A stretch of 64,000 nucleotides of DNA from Bacteriovoracaceae bacterium (GTDB lineage: Bacteria; Bdellovibrionota; Bacteriovoracia; Bacteriovoracales; Bacteriovoracaceae): contig OZ244226.1 of assembly GCA_965217035.1 (NCBI GenBank), forward strand, positions 1,904,146 through 1,968,145. Direction: 5' to 3'. This document shows positions 27,859 to 38,455 of this stretch, one piece after another. The notes below the pieces were generated by a model. The model made no database searches and was not told the DNA's origin. It worked only from the letters and a program-made list of their open reading frames with translations. The position numbers and the translations under genes were made by a program. Position 1 is the first letter of the stretch. Every line of letters starts with the position of its first letter.

Positions 27859-28848
27859 AGATTCAGTGGGGGCTGGATCCATCTGAGTTTTATAGTCTTT
27901 GTAAAAATGAGGGATATTCTTTTTATCATCCGCAAAAATGGGATATTCATGGTTTGTCGCTTCTTCTTTAGGAAGAACCATAAGTTTAAAACCTGTTTTT
28001 GATGGAGCATCAACAACGCTATCATTGTAAAAAATTTCAATATTACCCACACTTCCAAAATTAAGATAAAAGATTTTTCCAGTAATATGGATTTCTTTTC
28101 CTTCTCTTAAAATAAAGCTATTGATTTCTTTATCATCAACTTTATATCGCATCCAGCAATCACCAAAAGATGCCCTGACATAAAGTGAATTCTTATTATT
28201 GTCTCTTCTTCTGTATTCAGGAGGTATTTCTTCACTTGCATCAAGTGAGTCAATTGTATAATAAGCTTTCTTAATTTTATTGAACTTCACATAAGGAAAA
28301 AGTGATTCCTTCTTCTCTTGTGTTGTTGAAGTAGTTGTTGTAGTACTGGTAGTCGTTGTTGTTATGAGAGTTGAAGTGGTCACAACTGGTGCTTGAACTT
28401 CTTTGTTTTCTTCAGTTTTAGTTTGTCCTTCAGTTCCCGAGAGCAGATAACTGAAAATTTGGTAAAATCCTAAAATGAATAAAAAAGCGGTAACTCCGAT
28501 GAGAACTTTTTTATTAAGGAGCATATCAAGATCAAATGCTATTTTAGGAGTAGATCCAACCTTTGAATCTTCTTCAACAAAGGCTTCAAGTGTAGGAGAA
28601 GTTGATTCATAAGAATTTCGTAGGATTTCTAATGCTTCATTAGGATCGACTCTAAGATGTTTTAAATAGTTGGTAACAAAGCCTCTAACATAAGTTTGCC
28701 CCGGGAGATTAGAGACATTTGAGTTCTCTAAATCTTTCAGGATAGCTAAGCTTATTCTGGTATCTTTGGCTATGGCCTCTAATTCAATACCTTTTTCGAG
28801 TCTAGCTCTTTTGAGGTAATCGCCAATTTTCTCGGATTCTGAATTCAT
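27850..28848 (-). CDS. rodZ: RodZ-like protein (HTH + TM + Thr-rich linker + DUF4115-like domain)
   Basis: IGDYLKRAR..TRIS..LE..PGQTYVRGF; one TM; CWMRYKVDD; follows the pilF-like gene. Confidence 0.75.
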   Translation of the reverse strand: MNSESEKIGDYLKRARLEKGIELEAIAKDTRISLAILKDLENSNVSNLPGQTYVRGFVTNYLKHLRVDPNEALEILRNSYESTSPTLEAFVEEDSKVGSTPKIAFDLDMLLNKKVLIGVTAFLFILGFYQIFSYLLSGTEGQTKTEENKEVQAPVVTTSTLITTTTTSTTTTTSTTQEKKESLFPYVKFNKIKKAYYTIDSLDASEEIPPEYRRRDNNKNSLYVRASFGDCWMRYKVDDKEINSFILREGKEIHITGKIFYLNFGSVGNIEIFYNDSVVDAPSKTGFKLMVLPKEEATNHEYPIFADDKKNIPHFYKDYKTQMDPAPTESLE

Positions 28849-28853
28849 TTTTA

Positions 28854-29672
28854 TTAAAGATCTACTCCAAGCTCTTTCGCGTCAGTCGCTTTATCCTGAG
28901 AATAGATAAGGTTTTCAAATGAACTTGTCTCAAGAGAGATAAGTGATTTTCTAACGCTAGGGACGAAACGGCTCTCAGGAAACCTTCTTAAAAATGTATT
29001 AAAAGTATTAAGGGCTTCTTGATTTTTATTCATCCTTCTATAAGTCATCCCAAGGTAATAATGGTTTGTATCCTTTTTGTAACAAGTTCCTTGAGTTCCT
29101 TTTTTGAAATATTCTGAAGCCTTTTCGAAATTACTCTCTTTAAGAGAAATCGATCCGAGTTGGAATAAAGAATTACAATTGTACTTATACTCTTTCAGGG
29201 AGAGTTTAAAAAATTGCTTCGCTTTCTTTGTTCTCCCAAGTTTCATTTCGAGCTTTCCAAGATTGTAATATATTTGGTGTTGGCGAGTGTATGTGAAGTC
29301 TTCAAGAACCTCTTCATAAACTTTTCTCGCTTTTTTATATTTCTTTGCCTCGAGATAAATAGTCGCTAGATTTGCTTTGGCCTCTGTATTTTTAGGATCA
29401 AGCTTAATCGCCTTTTTAATATATTTAAGGGCTCTATTTTTCTTCTTTTTAAAATAGTAAGCCATTCCAAGATTATTAGTAACATCACTTCTCTCGGGTG
29501 CAAGCTTTTTAGCCTTTATAAGATTTGATAAGGCTTGAGAATAGTTTCCTTTAAGCAGATGACTCGTTCCATGACTGAAATAAATTTCAGCTTTATCTTT
29601 TTTGTTGTTTGTCTTTTGAGAACTGCAGCTAAAAAGAATAGTAGTGAGTAGAACAGTGAATAAAATCTTCAT
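28854..29672 (-). CDS. TPR lipoprotein, PilF/PilW/Tgl-like secretin pilotin
   Basis: Lipobox LFSC, repeated TPRs (NNLG, NLATIY, YYNLG), synteny with rodZ-like gene. Confidence 0.75.
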   Translation of the reverse strand: MKILFTVLLTTILFSCSSQKTNNKKDKAEIYFSHGTSHLLKGNYSQALSNLIKAKKLAPERSDVTNNLGMAYYFKKKKNRALKYIKKAIKLDPKNTEAKANLATIYLEAKKYKKARKVYEEVLEDFTYTRQHQIYYNLGKLEMKLGRTKKAKQFFKLSLKEYKYNCNSLFQLGSISLKESNFEKASEYFKKGTQGTCYKKDTNHYYLGMTYRRMNKNQEALNTFNTFLRRFPESRFVPSVRKSLISLETSSFENLIYSQDKATDAKELGVDL

Positions 29673-29796
29673 GATGTTAATCCCTAGGTGATTGAGTCAA
29701 ATAGTCTTAATTTATAATAGACGAGAAGCCTGTCTTCATCAAATAATACGCTCTTAAATTAACGAAAGGTTTGCACCCATCGGATTTATTGACATT

Positions 29797-31575
29797 ATGC
29801 AAAGTGATAGAGATCCTTTCATTATTATGAAGAATTTCTATCATAAACTGAGTGTTGCACTCGAGTTTTTGATCAATGGTCTTTTCATCTTACTCTATAT
29901 TTTTTTGAGCAAGGGCCAGGAGAGCTCATTTTTTCAATACCTTGAGTTTGTCTACGCACAAAAAGTTATTGAGATATTAGTTTGGCTAGTACCATTCGTT
30001 ATTTTGTTTTCTATTTTTAGTAACTTTCTTTATTTTAACTCGATAGAAGGATTATTTAGACAAAATATATTCTCTGTTATTCTACTCATTCCTCTGTTCA
30101 TTGTTTGGGGGGATACTGAGTTTACCTTTTGGCTATCAAGTGTACATTTGTTTTCAACTTTTCTTTCTTTTTATGAAGTACCAAATAAGGGGAAAAAAGT
30201 TGAAGAATATCGACCGAGTTTTTGGAGTCGGTTGAGATTAAAGCCTGCTCAATTAGTCATCATGTCATTCGTTCTCCTGATTCTGACTGGAAGCTTTCTC
30301 TTAATGCTCCCAATTGCATCCAAACAAAACTTTGAGCTCGATTTTCTTAATGCGCTTTTTATGTCGACATCGGCTACATGTGTGACGGGACTTTCGACTT
30401 TTCCGATTGGAACAGAGCTTACCCTCGTTGGTCAGTTCGTTATATTAGCATTGATTCAAATTGGCGGTCTTGGAATCATGACTCTTTCTTCTTCGCTGAC
30501 GATTCTCTTGGGGCGTTCACTCGGGATGAAAGAGCAAGTTATGATGCAAGGACTGTTAGATATCTCTAGCCTTGAAGACCTCATCGAAATGATTATTGAA
30601 ATCGTAAAATTGACTCTTGTTATAGAGCTTTGGGGCGCTTTGCTTTTAACAGGGGCTTTTCTTTATGAAGGGCAAGATCTTGGGGAAGCTATGTTAAATG
30701 GAGTCTTCCACAGTATTTCAGCTTTCTGTAATGCTGGATTTTCTCTTTTCCCAGACTCCCTTGAGCGTTACAAAGATAATATTTTTATTAATGGGGTCAT
30801 ATGCACTCTCATTATTTTAGGAGGGCTTGGGTTTCTTGTTCTAAAAGATGTTAGACATCGTCTTTTTGAAAGAAAATTCTATAAAAAAAGAGGATTTGTT
30901 CATTTAAGCCTTCATAGTAAAATTGTTATTACAACAAACTTCTCTTTGATTTTCTTAGGGACATTTGCAATTTTCTTCAGTGAATTTCTTAACTCGTTGG
31001 ATTCATATTCGATTGGTAATAAGTTTTTAATTTCATTATTTCAGTCGATTACGGCAAGGACTGCAGGATTTAATACAATTTCTCTGAACTCTCTTCATGC
31101 GCACACGCTCTACTTTATGAGTTTACTTATGTTTATCGGAGCTTCACCAGGGTCAACAGGAGGGGGAATTAAAACGACAACTTTTGCAATTCTTATCCAA
31201 TCAGTTAAAGCAACTCTTCAGGGTAGAAAACAAGTTGAATTTTTTGAGAGAAAAATTCCAAATATGCTTAATGTGCGAGCAACAGCGATAGCAATCATTT
31301 CACTTGTTATTGTTAGTGCTTTCTTGTTGATTATGATTAAAGTTGAACCGAATCTTCCGTTCTTAAGTATCTTCTTTGAAACCGTCAGTGCTTTTGGAAC
31401 AGTTGGACTAAGTATGGGAATCACTCCTGATCTTAGTAACACCGGGAAAACTTTTATTATATTGTTGATGTTCATCGGGCGGGTGGGTCCACTCACACTC
31501 GTTCTTGCAGTAAGTCAAGTCAAGGCCATTGCCGGAAAGGTACAATATGCTGATGGTCGTGTCATGATTGGTTAA
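29797..31575 (+). CDS. KtrB/TrkH-family K+ uptake membrane subunit with N-terminal TM extension
   Basis: SATCVTGL, QIGGLG, SAFCNAGF, RTAGF, GASPGSTGGGIK, SAFGTVGLS, MFIGRVG. Confidence 0.93.
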   Translation: MQSDRDPFIIMKNFYHKLSVALEFLINGLFILLYIFLSKGQESSFFQYLEFVYAQKVIEILVWLVPFVILFSIFSNFLYFNSIEGLFRQNIFSVILLIPLFIVWGDTEFTFWLSSVHLFSTFLSFYEVPNKGKKVEEYRPSFWSRLRLKPAQLVIMSFVLLILTGSFLLMLPIASKQNFELDFLNALFMSTSATCVTGLSTFPIGTELTLVGQFVILALIQIGGLGIMTLSSSLTILLGRSLGMKEQVMMQGLLDISSLEDLIEMIIEIVKLTLVIELWGALLLTGAFLYEGQDLGEAMLNGVFHSISAFCNAGFSLFPDSLERYKDNIFINGVICTLIILGGLGFLVLKDVRHRLFERKFYKKRGFVHLSLHSKIVITTNFSLIFLGTFAIFFSEFLNSLDSYSIGNKFLISLFQSITARTAGFNTISLNSLHAHTLYFMSLLMFIGASPGSTGGGIKTTTFAILIQSVKATLQGRKQVEFFERKIPNMLNVRATAIAIISLVIVSAFLLIMIKVEPNLPFLSIFFETVSAFGTVGLSMGITPDLSNTGKTFIILLMFIGRVGPLTLVLAVSQVKAIAGKVQYADGRVMIG

Positions 31576-31589
31576 CCAAGGAATAGGGA

Positions 31590-32285
31590 ATGATCGTTTC
31601 AGTCATTGGATTGGGGAAATTTGGTGCTAGAGTTGCTACTCGACTTTCGGAAAAAGGTATCGAGGTCGTTGCCATCGATTCGAATATCGAATTAGTTGAA
31701 AAAATTAAAGATCTTGTCACTCATTCAGTTTGTATTGATGTCACAGATGAGAAAGCTCTCCGTTCCGTTAATATTTCAGATGTCGATGTTGCGATTGTTT
31801 CTATCGGGGACAATATACAAATGAGTATTATGGCCGTTGCAATGTTGAGAAAGCTCGGGGTCGGAAGAGTCATTGCAAGAGCAACAAACCTCCTTCATGA
31901 ACATGTTCTGCAAGAGATCGGTGCGAGTGAAATTATTAAAGTTGAGGAAGATATGGGAGATATCATTGCTTCGAAGATTGTTGCTCCTCACATTGTTCAG
32001 CAATATAACTTTGCTCCAGGTTATTCTATTGTTCAGATGAAACTTGGAAAACACTTTGCCGGTAAAACCTTAGTTGAGTCACAACTCAAGCAAGTCTATT
32101 CGTTAAATGCTGTCGCAATTGAAAAAAAGGTTCCATATATTACAGAGGAAGGGAAGTCTGACTTCAGAATTGAAATCAATGATAATCCTGTTCCGATGGA
32201 TACAATTAGTGATGATGATATTGTCGTGGTTGTTGGAAGTGATAAGAATTTCAAAAAACTCTTCGCAGATCTCTCAGAACAATAG
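31590..32285 (+). CDS. KtrA/TrkA-family RCK regulatory subunit
   Basis: VIGLGKFG, RCK_N plus RCK_C. Confidence 0.92.
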   Translation: MIVSVIGLGKFGARVATRLSEKGIEVVAIDSNIELVEKIKDLVTHSVCIDVTDEKALRSVNISDVDVAIVSIGDNIQMSIMAVAMLRKLGVGRVIARATNLLHEHVLQEIGASEIIKVEEDMGDIIASKIVAPHIVQQYNFAPGYSIVQMKLGKHFAGKTLVESQLKQVYSLNAVAIEKKVPYITEEGKSDFRIEINDNPVPMDTISDDDIVVVVGSDKNFKKLFADLSEQ

Positions 32286-32293
32286 GAAATTGA

Positions 32294-33451
32294 ATGAACT
32301 TTTCATTAAAAAATAGAATTACTGCAAGCTTTATCTTATCTCTCCTTATTGTTCTTTGTATGGGGGGGATGGTTTTCCATTATTTAAATGATTTGAATGA
32401 AAGTATTCAGGAGATAACGATTAACTTGAATAATGAAAACTCTTTGACTGATGAAATCCGAATTACGATTGCAAACATCATCAAACTTCAAAGAAAATTT
32501 AGTGCTCGTAGTGCCACTGAAGTTGATCTTGAAAAACTAAATGGTCTTTCTGAGGGGCTGCAATCCCAGTTATCAAAATTGAAAAGTATTTATAACGATG
32601 ACGAACTTAAAGATATTATTGGGAATATGTCTGGTTATGTAGAGGCTTTTCGAACTAATCTCAATAATGCCGAAAACTTAAGAAGAATTAATAATAAACT
32701 TGCGATTGAGAATATTGAAACTTCAACTGACAAAATTGTGACTTTTTTTACAAGTATTGTAGAAAAGCAATTCTCACTGACGATCAATAAAGAAAAGAAA
32801 ATGATGAGTGTTATCAGGGAAACAAAGACAAATATGCTTGTAACTCTGATCATTGTTGCTCTTGGGACTTTATTGATCTCTATGGTTATCCCTGGAAAGA
32901 TTGCTCTTCCATTTAGAAAAATTAGTGATGCTATTCGAGAGCTTCAAGAATGTAATTTTGATGTTTCGATTTATTACAATCAAAAAGATGAGATTGGAGA
33001 ACTTTCTCGAGAGATCAATAAAATGATTCGAAATATTAAAAAATTCGAAGAATTAAGAACTGATAGAATTTCAGTTGAACTGAGAAAGTTTGATGCTCTA
33101 GCGAATATGGTTCAAAAAAACGTTCTCGTTGCCAATGCTGATGGAGAACTTATTTATCTCAACAATAAACTTTATTCTAGGCTTAATCTTAAGTCTGACG
33201 ATGTTCTTAATAAGAATCTTCAGGATACACTTCTTCCAGAGACGATTAAACAAACTTATGAACTTGCTTTGAAGCGTCGAAGTAAGATTGAAAATGAGCC
33301 TATTGAGTTTATGACCAAAATGACAGACGAGGAAGATTCTGAGCCAGTAGAAAAAGCTTTCGAAGGCTTTGCCAACGTCATTCCTGTGAGGGGGAAAGAG
33401 TCAAGTTTAGACTATTATCTAATGATTATCTCAAAGGACCTCTTTGCCTAA
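32294..33451 (+). CDS. Membrane sensor (TM-helical bundle-TM-HAMP-PAS) with no output domain
   Basis: Two TMs; HAMP PFRKISDAIREL..KDEIGELSREINKM; PAS VLVANADGELIYLN; stops right after the PAS. Confidence 0.8.
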   Translation: MNFSLKNRITASFILSLLIVLCMGGMVFHYLNDLNESIQEITINLNNENSLTDEIRITIANIIKLQRKFSARSATEVDLEKLNGLSEGLQSQLSKLKSIYNDDELKDIIGNMSGYVEAFRTNLNNAENLRRINNKLAIENIETSTDKIVTFFTSIVEKQFSLTINKEKKMMSVIRETKTNMLVTLIIVALGTLLISMVIPGKIALPFRKISDAIRELQECNFDVSIYYNQKDEIGELSREINKMIRNIKKFEELRTDRISVELRKFDALANMVQKNVLVANADGELIYLNNKLYSRLNLKSDDVLNKNLQDTLLPETIKQTYELALKRRSKIENEPIEFMTKMTDEEDSEPVEKAFEGFANVIPVRGKESSLDYYLMIISKDLFA

Positions 33452-33513
33452 GCATGACCTTCATCATACTCTTAAGCTCTAAGTTAGAATAAATTGATTC
33501 TAAGGGAGATCTT

Positions 33514-33924
33514 ATGGCAAGTTTTGAAGACATTATTGTTGAGGAGTACACAACCCCAAGCCCGCTTACGGTCGATGAGTTAACCAACATTACAGAGGTT
33601 GCAGAGCTCATGCTAGCCAATGGAGTGCGACATATTCCCGTTAAGTCTCGAGATAAAGTGATAGGGATTCTTTCAGAGAGAGATTTGAAAATGTTTTCTA
33701 ACACTGAATATGCAAAAAAATTCACGGCAAAAGACCTTATGACCGAAGAACCTTTTGAGGTCATGTATAATACTCCTTTGGTCGACGTTGCTTTTAAGTT
33801 GAGTGAGAAAAAGATTGGATCCGCTATCGTTACTGACGAATCAGGAACACTGATGGGGATTTTTACTGTGACGGATGCCTTGAATGCTTTAATAGAGGTT
33901 CTAAGAGGTTCAGTCGAGTCTTAG
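33514..33924 (+). CDS. Stand-alone CBS-pair protein
   Basis: VRHIPV, GILSERDL, KIGSAIV, GIFTVTD. Confidence 0.9.
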   Translation: MASFEDIIVEEYTTPSPLTVDELTNITEVAELMLANGVRHIPVKSRDKVIGILSERDLKMFSNTEYAKKFTAKDLMTEEPFEVMYNTPLVDVAFKLSEKKIGSAIVTDESGTLMGIFTVTDALNALIEVLRGSVES

Positions 33925-34054
33925 TTAGTGTTTTGTCCTTGATATTCAGATTTTTAGATCAGAATTGTGGAAATGTAAAAATTATAATTTCTTATTTAGA
34001 CTTCTCTCCAATAGGCTAGTCGCATCAATATATTTAGTGTAATGTCATACAAAC

Positions 34055-35857
34055 ATGGACCCTAAATTTATTCGAAATTTTTCAATTATTGCTCATATTG
34101 ACCATGGGAAATCGACTCTCGCTGACCGAATCATTGAGGAGACAAAATCAATCACAGATCGTGAAATGAAAGATCAGTTCCTTGATAATATGGATATTGA
34201 AAAAGAGCGAGGGATCACTATTAAGGCCCAGACTGTTCGACTAAAATATAAAGCAAAGAATGGTGAAATTTATCATTTGAACTTAATCGATACTCCTGGT
34301 CACGTCGACTTTAGTTATGAGGTTAGCCGTTCACTTGCTTCTTGTGAGGGAGCGCTCTTGGTTGTTGATGCCTCACAGGGAGTTGAGGCTCAAACTCTTG
34401 CGAATGTTTACCTTGCTTTGGAAAACGATTTAGAAATTGTTCCGACTTTGAATAAGATTGATCTTCCTCATGCGGATCCAGATAGAGTTTCGCAAGAAAT
34501 TGAAGATATTATTGGTCTCGATACAACGGATATTCCTCATGTGAGTGCAAAGTCTGGAATTGGAGTCGCTGACCTCTTAGAGGTCATCGTTGATCGAATT
34601 CCTGCGCCGGTTGGAGATAAAACTAAGCCTCTTCAAGCTTTGATTTTTGATTCTTGGTTTGATTCTTATCGTGGGGTTATGATTCTTGTTCGAGTTTTCG
34701 AAGGGGAACTTAAAGTAAAAGATAAAATTTACTTTAAAGAATCAGAAGGTGAGTACGAGATTATTAAGCTCGCTGTTCAAGAGCCTTTTTACTCAGAGGT
34801 AAAAACGCTTTCAGCGGGTGAAGTTGGTCTGGTTATTTGTGGAATCAAAACAGTTCGAGATGTAAAAATCGGAGACACCATCGTTCATAGTAAGGTTAAG
34901 GATACGACTCCATCACTTCAGGGGTACCAAGAAGTTAAACCAATGGTTTTCTGTGGGATCTTTCCTGTTGTGAGTGATGATTATGAAGAGTTAAAAGAAG
35001 CTCTCGAAAAGCTTGCTCTTAACGATGCGAGTTTTACTTATGAGCCGGAAACATCACAAGCTCTTGGATTTGGGTTTCGGTGTGGTTTTCTTGGCCTTCT
35101 TCATATGAATATCATTCAAGAGCGCTTAGAAAGAGAATTTGCTCTTAGCCTTATTTCAACAGCTCCTTCTTGTAATTATGAAGTTCATACCGCAAAGAAT
35201 GAAACGGTCTTTGTTGACAACCCTTCAGAGCTTCCAGATGCTGGAGAGATTGAAGAAATTTGTGAACCAGTTGTTGAAATTTCTATTCATGTACCTAATG
35301 AATATGTCGGCCGAATCATAAAACTTTGCCAAGACAAAAGAGGAGTTCAAAAAAATCTGAACTATATTACGGAAGACAGAGTTCAAATTGTTTATGATCT
35401 CCCACTAAGTGAAATGGTTTTTGACTTTTATGATCGATTGAAAAGCATGTCTAAGGGCTATGCAAGTATGGATTATGAATTTCAAGGTTATCAGAAGTCT
35501 GATCTTGTCCGACTTGATATTCTTCTTAATGGAGAAAAAGTTGATGCTCTTTCTTTAATTTGCCATCGCTCTAATTCTTTTTATCGAGGAAGAGAGTTAA
35601 CGGCGAAGTTAAGAAAAATTATTGACCGTCAGCAATTTGATATTGCGATCCAGGCTTCCATTGGTTCCAAGGTTATTTCTCGGGAAACAGTGAAGGCGCT
35701 TCGAAAAAATGTTCTTGCAAAATGTTACGGTGGTGACGTTTCGCGGAAGAGGAAACTCTTAGAAAAGCAGAAAGAGGGTAAGAAGCGGATGAAAATGGTT
35801 GGAAATGTCGAAATTCCACAAGAAGCCTTCTTGGCAGTGCTCACCGTTGATGAGTAA
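34055..35857 (+). CDS. lepA: Elongation factor 4
   Basis: [52 protein letters not shown]. Confidence 0.98.
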   Translation: MDPKFIRNFSIIAHIDHGKSTLADRIIEETKSITDREMKDQFLDNMDIEKERGITIKAQTVRLKYKAKNGEIYHLNLIDTPGHVDFSYEVSRSLASCEGALLVVDASQGVEAQTLANVYLALENDLEIVPTLNKIDLPHADPDRVSQEIEDIIGLDTTDIPHVSAKSGIGVADLLEVIVDRIPAPVGDKTKPLQALIFDSWFDSYRGVMILVRVFEGELKVKDKIYFKESEGEYEIIKLAVQEPFYSEVKTLSAGEVGLVICGIKTVRDVKIGDTIVHSKVKDTTPSLQGYQEVKPMVFCGIFPVVSDDYEELKEALEKLALNDASFTYEPETSQALGFGFRCGFLGLLHMNIIQERLEREFALSLISTAPSCNYEVHTAKNETVFVDNPSELPDAGEIEEICEPVVEISIHVPNEYVGRIIKLCQDKRGVQKNLNYITEDRVQIVYDLPLSEMVFDFYDRLKSMSKGYASMDYEFQGYQKSDLVRLDILLNGEKVDALSLICHRSNSFYRGRELTAKLRKIIDRQQFDIAIQASIGSKVISRETVKALRKNVLAKCYGGDVSRKRKLLEKQKEGKKRMKMVGNVEIPQEAFLAVLTVDE

Positions 35858-35866
35858 AATATCTGC

Positions 35867-36502
35867 ATGACAAATTTCATCGAACAGTTTTACGAAGAAA
35901 CTTTTGGACATATTAATAATTATTATCCTAAAGATTTAGTTCACGCTAAAAATAAATATTTTGAAATCGTGAAGCATATACCTGATGAAAATGAAGATCA
36001 GTACGAAACCAAAATGATTCTTTTTAATGAATGGTTTCTTTTTAATTATCGAGAGAAATATGACTCGACAGAGTCTTTTTTTAGCAAAGTCACAAAAGAT
36101 AAAAGTTTTAATTTTTTCTCATCTGATCAGATTGAGATGATTCAAAGTCAATATTATTCTCTCTTTGAATTTATTAAGAGAAAAAGAAATGGTTTTCTTT
36201 TTTATGATTGGCAAAAAAAAGAAAAGTTTTTAGTTCCACTTGAGTTTCCTATTCTAGGATTTATGGAAAGAGATTTATTTATTGCAAGAAGAGTTATTCT
36301 TGCTGGGGATTGTTGGTTTCTCAAAGGACAAAGTGTCCTTCCTGCTGAATGTAAGAGGCAAATCCTCAAGCAGATGAAACAAGTAAAAAAAGGTAAGGTC
36401 GACAAGAGCTTTGATGAATTTCTTATGGAACTTGAAGTTCTAAAATCGCGTTCTCAAATGTATAACCATCTCAACCCTCGAGATATTTTTAAGTTCGTAT
36501 AA
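35867..36502 (+). CDS. Hypothetical protein
   Basis: 211 aa, 9 nt after lepA; FNEWFLF...YYSLFE. Confidence 0.75.
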   Translation: MTNFIEQFYEETFGHINNYYPKDLVHAKNKYFEIVKHIPDENEDQYETKMILFNEWFLFNYREKYDSTESFFSKVTKDKSFNFFSSDQIEMIQSQYYSLFEFIKRKRNGFLFYDWQKKEKFLVPLEFPILGFMERDLFIARRVILAGDCWFLKGQSVLPAECKRQILKQMKQVKKGKVDKSFDEFLMELEVLKSRSQMYNHLNPRDIFKFV

Positions 36503-36630
36503 TTTGCTTGATCTTTGGACAGCGTAATACTGGGCCTGTTAATCAACTAGAAATAGTCTTGTTAGATAATAGTGGACCAAAAGTTGAAAATAAAATTGCA
36601 GACAACGGATTAGAAGAAAAACAATCATAG

Positions 36631-36648
36631 AGACTTTTTCGAGAGTCT
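36631..36648. terminator. Hairpin between convergent genes, possible terminator
   Basis: AGACTTT-TTCG-AGAGTCT; no clear U-tract. Confidence 0.3.
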
Positions 36649-36649
36649 A

Positions 36650-36907
36650 TTAATCGAAGTAAGGGTTTTCTCCGGCATCGTGATCAGTCAAATCCACAAC
36701 CTCTAAGATGTCGGGAAAATGTTTCTTCACAAGAGTTTCGATGCCTTGCTTTAAGGTTGCTTTCGAACTCGAGCAGCCTTGACACCCACCAGTCAAAACC
36801 ACAAAGAGCTTATCATTATCAAAATCAACAATTTCGACATCTCCTCCGTGCTGGGCCAAAACCGGTCTAATTTGTTTATCGAATATTTTCTCAATTTGGT
36901 GAATCAT
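36650..36907 (-). CDS. NifU/NfuA-like Fe-S carrier domain protein
   Basis: IRPVLAQHGGDV, GGCQGC, TLKQGIE, DLTDHDAGENPY. Confidence 0.92.
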   Translation of the reverse strand: MIHQIEKIFDKQIRPVLAQHGGDVEIVDFDNDKLFVVLTGGCQGCSSSKATLKQGIETLVKKHFPDILEVVDLTDHDAGENPYFD

Positions 36908-36981
36908 ACCTTTTTATAACATTATTTGAGAGTAATTTCGAGTTCATCAATCGGAAGTCTTAGGTTCTAAGTACTTAGTTT

Positions 36982-37599
36982 TTGATATTTTTAATTTTTT
37001 TTGCAATCAAAGGTAGAATGTACTCTGCTCTTTCTGCCATTATCGAAAATAGTGATGAAAGTCTTGTGGTTTATAAAAACTTTAAGTGGAAATCGGAAGA
37101 GCTATTCGAAAGTTTAAAAAGCTCTTATCAAATACTTAGCTTAGAAAGTGAGGAGAGTTGGAGCTCTGAGAAACTTCTTGTTATTGATTCTTTTGATGAG
37201 CAAATAAAGCCTATTCAAGATCGATTAGAAAGAATTATTTATGATGCTGATCGTGTTCTTTATTTAAAAAATCCTTTTGTAGAGGACCAAAAGCTGGAAG
37301 AAGTTCTTCTCGCTTCTGGTAAGAGCTTGAGGCTCATTAGCTTACTTGGAAAATCTCTGAAGAATCTTTATTTTTTGAGATTCTCATTATTTTCCCCTCG
37401 ATTTCGCGTCTATCTTTCAGCATTATTAGACTGGGTTGCAGCTCGTCATGAGAGTTTGGATGTTATTAGGATTGAACAGAGCTCAAATCAGGCTTTTTTA
37501 GTCTTTGAACAACTATCAGAACGAGCCAATCGACCAGGAAATTGTTATATTTTGGGAATGAAGAAACCAAAGGGCTGGGCGTGGCTGCAGAAGGGTTGA
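36982..37599 (+). CDS. Hypothetical protein
   Basis: About 190-205 aa, overlapping the start of recO; start uncertain. Confidence 0.6.
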   Translation: MIFLIFFAIKGRMYSALSAIIENSDESLVVYKNFKWKSEELFESLKSSYQILSLESEESWSSEKLLVIDSFDEQIKPIQDRLERIIYDADRVLYLKNPFVEDQKLEEVLLASGKSLRLISLLGKSLKNLYFLRFSLFSPRFRVYLSALLDWVAARHESLDVIRIEQSSNQAFLVFEQLSERANRPGNCYILGMKKPKGWAWLQKG

Positions 37600-38354
37600 T
37601 CCTTAATAAACTCCCTTATAAAGATAGCCACCTTATTTGCAAGATCCTGACAAGGCAAGGCTATAAAGACTCCGTTTTATTTTACGGAGGACAAGGTGGC
37701 GGTAAGAAAAATAAACCAAGTCAATTAGAAGTTGGGACTCTTATTTCTTTTACTCCTGCGAGTTCAAAAAGATATTCTAATTTAAGTTCATGTAAAGACT
37801 TTAAAGTACAGTGGAGACATGAAAGTTTAAAAAATCATTTTCGTGCTTTTTTTCTCCTTAATTTTTTCGTTGAGCTTCTCGATAAAATTTCTGTTGAAAG
37901 CTATGATGAAGAAAACTTGGGAGAAGAAAAGTATTTTAATCTTTTGAGCAATGCTATTTTTTATCTTGAAGATTCTGTTAAAAAAGAATCATTCCAACTG
38001 AATCAACACCTTGCTTTATTTTTAGGGAAGCTGATTCTTCATAATGGTATTTATCCTGGTTATCAAAACTGTTCTTTTTGTGGTGTAGGCCTTAAGCCAG
38101 CAAACGTTTCAGCTTTAGATTTCTCCCAGGGAGGGTTTAGTTGTAAGAGTTGTCAAGAGGACAAACTTGCTCTTAGAGAGACAAGAAATTCACTTTGGGA
38201 ATATTTTGCCACGATAAAAAACGTTTCTTATAAAAACTATCTGGATGTGGAAAACCACCCCCTAGAGGCTTTAAAACAGGTTTTAGTCTATTTTCTTGGC
38301 CAATTCCAGATAGGACCCCATGAGCTAAAAAGCTCTTCTTTTATTTTTCATTAA
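37581..38354 (+). CDS. recO: DNA repair protein RecO
   Basis: EGLILNKLPYKDSHLICKILTRQG OB-fold start; CSFC...CKSC zinc finger; probable GTG start at 37581. Confidence 0.85.
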   Translation: MAAEGLILNKLPYKDSHLICKILTRQGYKDSVLFYGGQGGGKKNKPSQLEVGTLISFTPASSKRYSNLSSCKDFKVQWRHESLKNHFRAFFLLNFFVELLDKISVESYDEENLGEEKYFNLLSNAIFYLEDSVKKESFQLNQHLALFLGKLILHNGIYPGYQNCSFCGVGLKPANVSALDFSQGGFSCKSCQEDKLALRETRNSLWEYFATIKNVSYKNYLDVENHPLEALKQVLVYFLGQFQIGPHELKSSSFIFH

Positions 38355-38371
38355 TTTTAAGAACAAAAATC

Positions 38372-38399
38372 TTGTATTTTGAAAATTCTCTCATAGAAT
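38372..38399 (+). promoter_or_regulatory. Putative sigma70 promoter of the histone gene
   Basis: TTGTAT-N16-TAGAAT with AT-rich upstream DNA; AAAAGGAG RBS downstream. Confidence 0.55.
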
Positions 38400-38455
38400 C
38401 TTAAACACTGATAAACACTTACGAAATAGCTTTAAACCGCAAAAAGGAGAATTTT

